A stretch of DNA of 64,000 bases from Octopus sinensis (taxonomy: Eukaryota). The DNA is taken from positions 186,001 to 250,000 of the forward strand of contig NW_021835954.1 of the NCBI RefSeq assembly GCF_006345805.1. The letters are read 5' to 3'. Position numbers and translations under genes: made by a program. The notes beneath the pieces were generated by a model. That model was given only the letters and a program-made list of their open reading frames with translations. It did not search any database and was not told where the DNA came from. Shown one piece after another: positions 55,465 through 64,000 of this stretch (position 1 is its first letter; each line of letters opens with the position of its first letter).

Positions 55465-55680
55465 ACGGCGAGCTGGCAGAATCGTTAGCACGCTGGACGA
55501 AATGCTTACTGGTATTTCGCCCATCGCTACATTCTGAGTTCAAATTCCGCCGAGGTAGACTTTGCTTTTCATTTTTTTGGGATCGATAAATTAAGTACAA
55601 GTTGTGTACTGGGATCGATTGTCCCCCTTCCTGCAAAAATCCAGGCTTTGTGCCCATTGTAAGAAGGATTATATGTACTA
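55465..55680 (+). mobile_element. SINE family A variant
   Basis: GGCGAGCTGGCAGAATCGTTAGCACG head and body. Confidence 0.75.
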
Positions 55681-56131
55681 TTAGTTGTTTAAATTTTTTA
55701 TCTCCTATTCCACACACCACCACCTCTCTCTCTCCCTCTCGCACGCACACATACACACACATACACACTACACATATACACAGACATACATACACACATA
55801 TACACATTCCCACTCCGTCCACGCACAAATACCAACACACATGCCAACATACACACACACATCACTATCACCACACTCCCCCATTCACACACCCTTCAGA
55901 AAACACACCCATTCTCAAGCTCCCCCCTCTCTCTCTCTCTCTCTCACGCACACGCACAGTTACCACAACATACACACATGCTATCAAGCACGTTCACATA
56001 CGTTCTCAGTTACTGCCACACACACGCTACCATACACACATGGTATGACACACATATGTCCCTACTACCACACGCATGCACACACAGTTACCGCCACACA
56101 CACACACACGCTGTCACACTCACACACGCCA

Positions 56132-56166
<35 letters not shown>

Positions 56167-56311
56167 TACCAACCATTCTTCACATTCTCCTTCCCAGAAA
56201 ACACTTTCTCTTTGTCCATCTACTTCCGGTCATTCCAAAATGTAACTACACATGGATTGTTGGCGATTTTTCATCCTTCTTCCTTTTCTTTTGGACTTTC
56301 CTATGTCTCCT

Positions 56312-56571
56312 GTTTCCGAAGAAGAGCTTTGCTCGAAACGTAAAACTACCACTCTTTCCTTCCTCCTCTGAGCGTCTTAATACTTTACATGTACCACGTT
56401 CTCGTGTTGTTGCATTTTTCTTGTCTATTTTTTCTATTTTTTTATTAATGATATATGTGTGTGTTTCTGTGTGTGTGTGTGTGTGTGTTTGTGTGTGTGT
56501 GTTTTATTTTCTCTCTCTGCTTATTTTTGTGTTCTTTTCTATCGAAGAGCGTAGGCTCGAAATGTAAAAGA
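56312..56571 (+). ncRNA. Two tandem decayed hammerhead motifs (Penelope pLTR-like)
   Basis: GTTT CCGAAGA AGAGC-ttt-GCTC GAAA CG TA AAAC (U4>C) at 56312-56346, and CTATCGA AGAGC-gtag-GCTC GAAA TG TA AAAGA at 56534-56571. Confidence 0.55.
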
Positions 56572-56661
56572 CTTTCTCACTTTCCAAGCATTAAACTAAT
56601 ACATTTGTTTGTTGTTTACACACTCGTCTTCGTATTTTGTTTTCTTTTTTTTGTAAATTCC

Positions 56662-56737
<76 letters not shown>

Positions 56738-56789
56738 GAGAGAGAGAGAGATGAGATGGCATCCTGGAGTAGTTATGTTAAATAAAAAA

Positions 56790-57025
56790 TAACTTATTAT
56801 CTCAGTTTTTAACCTCCTCTCCTTGAAAAGAGTTGCCTTGCCCAGCAATGCACCCCGGTCCAAGTGTTCTTGCCACTTTTGGAATCCGGACTGGAAGTCG
56901 TTTTCCATGAGTTGAGGACCTTCTGCGATTCACTCTTCATCTCAACAACGGTGTTAAAACAGTGACATTTGACCTGCATTTTCATCTTAGGAAAGAGATG
57001 GAAGTCCGCAGGTGATAAATCGAAT
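56790..57025 (-). mobile_element. mariner transposase C-terminal relic
   Basis: DLSPADFHLFPKMK...ESQKVL / ENDFQSGFQKWQE; homolog at 60296-60560 (+). Confidence 0.75.
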
Positions 57026-57029
57026 GGTG

Positions 57030-57830
57030 TGTTCTTACGTATCAGCGGCACAGGAGCCAGCCAGGTAACGCTGGCAACGATCACGATCAAATGGTGCTTT
57101 TAACGTTCCACTAGCACGGGTGCCAATCAGGTGGTACTGTCATCGGCCACGACAGCGATTTCGATTTCATTTGCCTCAACAGGTCTTCGCAAACATAGTT
57201 TATTGTCCAATGAATGAAGGGTATTCATAAGTGGGCTGGTCATACACCACTAGCATCGGCCACGGGTTATGATCCCACTTGGCTTGCCGGGTCTTCTCGA
57301 GCACAGCATATCTCCAAAGGTTTCGGTCACTAGTCATTGCCTAAGTGAGGCCCAATGTTCGAATGGTCGTGCTTCACCACCTCATCCCAAGTTTTCCTGG
57401 GTCTACCTCTTCCACACGTTCCCTCAACTGCTAGGGTGTGACACTTTTTCACACAGCTGTGCTCATCCATTCTCGCCACATGGCCATACCAGTGCAGTCG
57501 TCTCTCTTGCACACCACATCTGATGCTTCTCTCAGGGTGCTTACACTCTGTTGAGTATGCACACTGACATTACACATCCATTGGAGCAACTGGCTACGTT
57601 CCTTGCAAGCTTACGCATATCCTCCGCAGTCACGACCCATGCTTCACTGCCATGTAGCATGGCTCTTTGCACACATGCGTCATACAGTCTACCTTTGCCT
57701 CTGAGCGAGAGGCCCTTTGTCACCAGCAGAGGTAACAGCTTTCTGAACTTTACCTTGTCTAGTCTTATTCTAGCAGCTACAATTTCAAAGAATCCACGCC
57801 CGCTACTGACTTGGTCACCTTGGTAACGGA
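57030..57830 (-). mobile_element. RTE-clade LINE fragment, same family as 379-1585
   Basis: RRLHWYGHVARM...RGRPRKTW, RGKGRLYDACV...AEDMRKLARN, and a 3'UTR with a single AAAAGCACCAT unit. Confidence 0.8.
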
Positions 57831-58844
57831 AGCAATCAACTACTTGAAGTTTTTCTCCCTGGAAAGTGACGGAATCTGTTCTCTGTACATTTTCAGTGTT
57901 TATCGCTCCTGAGTATTTGCTACATACAAAAACCTTTGATTTTTCTGCACCTCTTATGTGTCCATGGCTTACACTAGGTACATCTTACGATATATATATA
58001 TATATATATACATATATATATACATAAATAACATAAAGGCGCCAGATGTTACTTAGACGTGGTTGTAAATATTTTAGAAAGTAAAATACGTAAACACACA
58101 CAGGAGGTTTGTATAATAAAATTTATGCCAATATGAAGATCATAATAAACCTAACAGTTGTATTACAACATTATGTAATAAACTGGGAGTACCGGTTTCG
58201 CGTCTTACGCTTATGAAGCTTCCAAGGTCTTGGATTTCAGCCATTTTTGTTGTCGACTAGAATTTTTTTGCTGTCGAAGGGAGGTAACTCTTTAATTTTT
58301 GGTGTTAACATGGTACGATTTGAATTTTTTCTTCTACGGAAGGAAGAGCAAGCTTTCTTTTATCATACTCTCAATTTTGGTCAACTTGCGCCGCAGGGTC
58401 TCGGAGGAGATAGTGTTAGTTGAAGGCTACCAAACCTGCCATACACAGACAACTTCATCTATATATATAGAAAGATTTATTCCTAAAAAAATAAAAATCT
58501 TTACGAACAAGGGAAGCAACTTATTTAATAGCAAATTCTTGTTGCTGCCCTTGCTTCTTGTTGTGTAAAGGAGTTATCGTCCTTTGCAGTTGTAGCCGTG
58601 TGAGATATTTTATAAAAAGAAAATCTCATTGCTACCGACTGAACTAAATTCTTTATTACACAAAAAATAGAAACAAGTAACGATGCGGACGGGTGGGTGG
58701 GTTGTCGACTTTATAAAGACTTTATAAATTGAATATGCAATATAGCTATTTACATTTAACGCTTAGAAGAAGGGATATACTCACCGTAAATTGCAGCTTG
58801 CAAATCAATCTATCAAGCCTGAGAAAATATCTCCAAACTACGAT

Positions 58845-58902
<58 letters not shown>

Positions 58903-58935
58903 TGTGCGCGCGCGTGAATTATATTATATTATATG

Positions 58936-59380
58936 GGAGGGGGCACATGGCCTAGTGGTTAGAGCAGCAGACTCGCGGTCGAGTGGTCACGGGTTCGAAT
59001 CTTTGCTAATAGGAATTACGAAGGTAATTACTCGTTTATATAATGGACAACAACGGAGAAAAATAATGCCAAACAATTGTCACTTTCATGTTTTGTTTTA
59101 TATATATAATATAAGAAAATATATTATGTTGTTTGTTCCTTCTCAAGCCATACCTGGCTCAGAAGGGCCGGTTTCCCGGTTTCAGTGGTGTATAGGTTCC
59201 CCACCTGGACGAGACGTCAGTCAGCTGCTAGATGCAGGAGGAAAGACTGAGAGAAATTTGTGGCGAAAAAGTCAGCAGAAGTTTGCCATTACCTTCTGCC
59301 GGAATCGCGTGGACCTTAGGTACTTCGATCATAAACACACGCTGCTCTAGCCACTAGGCCATGTGCCCCCTCCCATATAA
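58936..59380. mobile_element. Rearranged SINE family D (head on +, body plus duplicated head on -)
   Basis: 53-bp inverted repeat 58916-58968/59341-59393 that includes non-SINE flank. Confidence 0.7.
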
Positions 59381-59642
59381 TATAATATAATTCGCGCACG
59401 CGCACGCGCGCGCACACACGCACACACACACACACTTATTTAGCTATATAACATGTATTTTTAAAAATTATTTCACCGAGATTGTGAAGGATGGTTTTGC
59501 TCTGCCATTGTCACCAACTCAGATCCTTAAAGTGCTTTGTTATTTCCATAACAGGATTCAATAAATGAATTTGGGTTGGTAATACATACATACATACATA
59601 CACAAACACACATAAATGCATACATACACATATATACATACA

Positions 59643-59674
<32 letters not shown>

Positions 59675-60051
59675 CGCACTCACAAACACACATACATGCA
59701 TACATACACATATATGTATACATACACACATACATACATACATACCATCACATGCTGTCACACACCCACGCATACCTTGAAACGTAAGCTGTTCCCTTTT
59801 TTTTGCTCTTAAAAAAAACGTAAATCCACAATTGTCGACTCGCTATGAAAAGTGAATGAATTGGTTTCACAGGTTTTCTCTCACTGTGGGCAGAAAAATA
59901 GCGGAGCGATCTATTAGAAGCTTATAACAATCGTAGACAAACTTGCACACAGTTAAACTGATCAATCTAATATGCACAACGGTGTATGTGCTGATACCTG
60001 CATTTAATTCATTCTACTCTACACAGAGTTTTAAAATAATTATGAAAGGTT

Positions 60052-60290
60052 TTTGTGTCTGTCCTCAACTCTAGTGAAGAATTTTAGGTAAGGACCGAAA
60101 GAATACGATCGCGAATACAAGCGGCCGAAATGGGGTTCCTCCGAAGGGTCTCCAGAGTAACGTTCCTCGACATGACGCGTAGCTTGGAGATCAGGGGCTC
60201 TCTCCAGGTCGAGCCACTTCTTCTCTGCATTCAGATCACAGCTCTGGTATGATGGGCACGCGACTAGAGAATGAGACGGTTGGCTGTTAA
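60052..60290 (+). mobile_element. RTE (Expander/Rex3-like) RT C-terminal fragment
   Basis: Manual translation RIRSRIQAAEMGFLRRVSRVTFLDMTRSLEIRGSLQVEPLLLCI. Confidence 0.7.
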
Positions 60291-60295
60291 TCATA

Positions 60296-60560
60296 GTCTC
60301 AGTTGGTCGTTTTTCCATCTCTTCTCCAAGATGAAAGGCAGCTCAAAGGTCACCGTCTGAACACTTTTGTCAAGATCCAGAGCGAAGCGCAGAAAGTCCT
60401 CGACTTGCTTATGGAAAACGACTTCAAGGCTGGATTCCAAAAGTGACAGGAACGCTGGGGCCGGTGTATTGCTGCGCGTAGTGACTATTTCGAAGGTGAT
60501 GATGTTAAAACTTTTGTATTAAAGATAACTAGTGCGGGAATTTTTTGACACCACCTCGGA
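60296..60560 (+). mobile_element. mariner C-terminal relic with 3' TIR
   Basis: FHLFSKMK...QKVL...ENDFKAGFQK*QERWGRCIAARSDYFEGD. Confidence 0.75.
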
Positions 60561-60971
60561 TTCATATGAATTCACAATCCATTGTTTAATCATGAAATTG
60601 TGCAGATAACATACATGCTGTTATACCTGACTTCAGTTGCGCCTAGTGTGTACGGTCAGCGCATCAGCTTTTGGAAACAGCATGCGCTGTAACATTAAGA
60701 CAATACTAAATTTGTATTACCATCACATTATTCGGATCTTTTCTGTTTGGCTGCCAAAATTACTCAAAATTTTCAAAGTTTAATAGCCAATAACTCATTA
60801 TTTATTGATTTATGGCGAAAATGATTTTCATGGCATTGATTAGCATATAAAAGTATATCATTACACTGAATATGAAATCAATTCGAATAGAAATTGAAGT
60901 GATTGAATATTTACAGCCAAGCAGAAAAGATCCCATTATTCTATATTAATCACTAAATAAATATATTAAAT

Positions 60972-61230
60972 GTGGAGGCACATGGCCTAGTGGTTAAAGC
61001 AGCGGATTCGCGGTCGAGGGTTTGCGGGTTCGAATCTCAGACCGGGCGATGTGTGTGTTTACTAGCGAAACACCTAAGCTCCACGCGACTCAGGCAGAAG
61101 GTAATGGCGAACTTCTGCTGACTCTTTCGCTCTTTCCTGCATTTTGCAATGCACCTGGTGGGGAACCTATACGCCAAGGAAACCGGGAAACCTGCCCTAA
61201 CGAGCCAAGCGTGGCTCGAGAAGGAACAAA
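60972..61230 (+). mobile_element. SINE family D
   Basis: Homologous to 11691-11993. Confidence 0.8.
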
Positions 61231-62799
61231 CAAATATATTCAATATGTTCACCAAACACGAGTTTTAGCCGGACATATTTCTGGCAAGCTGTCTGAAATA
61301 TGGTAAGCGGTGTACAGCAATTATTAGAAATGCTGTTCCATTGGTTGACCACCCTGTAGTAAAGGTTTACATAAAATTCTTGATGTACAAATCGAATCGT
61401 TGTTTGGAGATATTTTCTCAGGCTTGATAGATTGATTTGCAAGCTGCAAGTTGACCAAAATTGAAAGTATGATAAAAGAAAGCTTGCTCTTCCTTCCGTA
61501 GAAGAAAAAATTCAAATCGTACCATGTTAACACCAAAAATTATTTATATCAAAATGGTGCATTTTTTCTATGAAAATCCCCATTTTTTACGATTTTTTGA
61601 CTGCCGTGTCGCCATTTTTCGGTGTATTTCAACCAGAAAAATGTTCACTTAAAGAGAATAACAAGCTACATAATGCAAAATTTTTACTTTTCAAAAATTC
61701 CAATTCTAAAGGGTCGCAACAAACCCGAGCAACGCCGGGCGATAATGCTAGTCTATCATAAAATAAAACGTCGCTTATTACTTGTACTAGACTAAAACCA
61801 ACGTTCGTGGCACGTAGGCTATTGCTTAAAAGTTGCATGTATGTGTTTAATTATACACGGATAATACACAGAAGATTCATGGCTAAAAATAAAGCAGAAT
61901 AATTTTTTCTGAATAATTATATGATGGAGTTGTGTTCTTTTTATCTTGCTGGAAGACAACATATAGAAAACTAATTATAGTGATTTGATATCGAATGTAA
62001 AATATGTATTTCGCTCTTTCAATAAACATAACGAGAATTTCAACTTGTAGATGACTTTTGAATTGTATTTTTGCTTTATAATCCCATCCTGTAGAAACAG
62101 AAAGCTTCATTGAAATTTAACCCAAATGAAGGATTGAAACTGAAGCCACATTTATCCTCTGTGGCCCAACATTACAGAGAGATGACTATCAATTAACGCC
62201 TAAATCATTTTGTTTCTTTTCAAAAACAGCCAATATGTTTTTTGAAGTGCCATATGTCACCGAGAGAAAATGTTACTAGATTTTGCTCCAAATATTTATT
62301 GGTCAATTTACAAAGTCATTAAGGAAGGAAATAGTCATGAAATTGTTCATTTCCCCCAATACATTACCTGGTGTTTAGCTCATCAACCATAATAAAAGGT
62401 AATGTTTAAGTCTACCTCTGTTGGGTTTGAACTCTGAACTCAAATCCTACTGGCAATGTTAGAACTTTTCTCCATCTTTCTATAATAGATATATGTAATG
62501 CTGAACATTTGATATTATGTGGACTGAACGGGCCAGTGGTATGTGTAATCATAATCTTCTAATTGAACAATCAAAATTGTAATGTTTCTTTGGTGAATGA
62601 TTAGAACAAGGTAACAGTAAAATTGCCTTCTCAAGTCATAGTGACTCATAGGGGCCAGTTTCCTAGTATAAAATAAAACAGTGAAAAGAATAAAGAAGGC
62701 GGTATTACATTTACCAACCAGTTACGACCGTTTCAATAACTAGTGAATTGTTACAACGTCTGTCTCTCTGATTGTAAATCGATTAATGAACCAATCCTT

Positions 62800-62923
62800 C
62801 AATAATCTATCTATCCATCCACCCATCCGTCCGTCCGCCCGTCTGTCCATTCATCCGTCCGTCCGTCCGACTGTCCATCCATTCATCCGTCCGTCGGTCT
62901 ATCTATCTATCTATCTATCTATC

Positions 62924-63005
<82 letters not shown>

Positions 63006-63016
63006 CGTCCGTCTAT
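62800..63016. repeat. (ATCC/GTCC/TATC)n compound microsatellite
   Basis: Direct reading. Confidence 0.95.
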
Positions 63017-63017
63017 C

Positions 63018-63700
63018 TTGAGTGACTTCAACACAACCAAAGCATTCTATAGGGGATTAGTGGAGGGGAGGTACGACGACGAGCTCGGGGCGAACCTGGA
63101 CGTCGACGAGGAATACCTGACCCGCCTGTTCGGGTCGACTTTCGGGCCAGGGCCCAAGGACAACTTCCAGAGATTCCTGGCCTGGCAGTGCTACCGAGAA
63201 GCGCTACCCGTTCGGGATAAGCTCTACAGACACGGCTCGAGAAACACGGGGCCGACCTGCCCGAGATGCGGTCAGAGCGACGAAACCGTTCTGCACGCAC
63301 TCGTGCAGTGTCCAACAATTTCCGACCTGTGGGCTTATGTCGAACAACTGCTGTCACGTGTGGGACGTGTCGGTTTATCAGCCGAGTCTATCGTTAATAT
63401 CGTCACGCCTCCTTCCTTCAAACGGGAAGGAAGAGCTATTTTTATCATACTTGTGGCTATGGCGAAAGAATGTATCTGGTGGACGCGTCTAAAAGGATTG
63501 GAGACAAACACTTTCCTCTCTGGTCAATCTCTCATCAACTTCTTCAAGTACCACTTGAAAAGGAAAGTGAGAGTAGAGAGGCAAGTTTTGTCTAGCGAAC
63601 GTTTTAAAAAAAGATAGGTGAATGTAGCAAGGATGGCACGTATGAATGACGAAGCCACCTTGAGCATAATCCTATGAACCCAGGAATTGAAAACAGAGGG
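63018..63700 (+). mobile_element. L1/Tx1-group LINE 3' end (zf-RVT-like domain), 5'-truncated
   Basis: FLAWQCYREALPVRDKL...CPRCG..DETVLHALVQC...W; stop at 63617; GC-rich relative to flanks. Confidence 0.75.
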
Positions 63701-64000
63701 TTACCCACTTGCAAACAATGTGTGGTAACATATAACAATATTGACCAAGGTTACCGTGGTCTTTTTCGTAGGCTTTTCTTCCCACGGATAAACCTTACTT
63801 GCTTTCCCCTTACACCAAACATCATGACACTGTGATACACGATCCATTGATCGTTTTTTTTTCCTCTCCCCCTTTTTTCTCTTTCTTCTTTTTTCATTTT
63901 TCTTTCTTTTTTCCGCTTTTTTTTTCTTTTCCTTTTTTTCTTTTCTTCTTTTTTTGTTCTTTTTTTCCTTTTACGATCCCTTTTGATCGAAAAACCTACG

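Noticed and set aside
58030-58720. Possible Kolobok-like ends (TAAAGG...CTTTAA)
   Set aside because: Termini could not be paired convincingly.

Overview
AT-rich eukaryotic genomic DNA. The repeat families suggest a cephalopod, probably Octopus (inference). One host gene is present: the first four coding exons of a proton/myo-inositol cotransporter (SLC2A13/HMIT-like) on the minus strand (21476-21071, 7524-7368, 4957-4758, 186-72). They splice in frame through GT-AG introns and the gene continues past position 1. The rest is repeat DNA: tRNA-derived SINEs of about 5 families, 5'-truncated LINEs (RTE, CR1, R4/Dong with RLE, Tx1/L1-like), hAT, Tc1 and mariner relics, MITEs, Helitron-like elements and microsatellites. 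A 15-kb composite satellite block lies at 37.1-52.5 kb. The most interesting signal is a set of about 9 minimal type I hammerhead ribozyme motifs with palindromic stem III, from several unrelated families. They include a tRNA-headed, hammerhead-tailed SINE arranged as a head-to-head dimer, and a U3:A8 compensatory variant. Other notable items are a 24-nt copy of exon 1 inside an intronic SINE, two long near-perfect palindromes, and (TAA)n-targeted LINE fragments amplified into a tandem array. All alignments and folds were done by eye. No database searches were run, so novelty is unverified.
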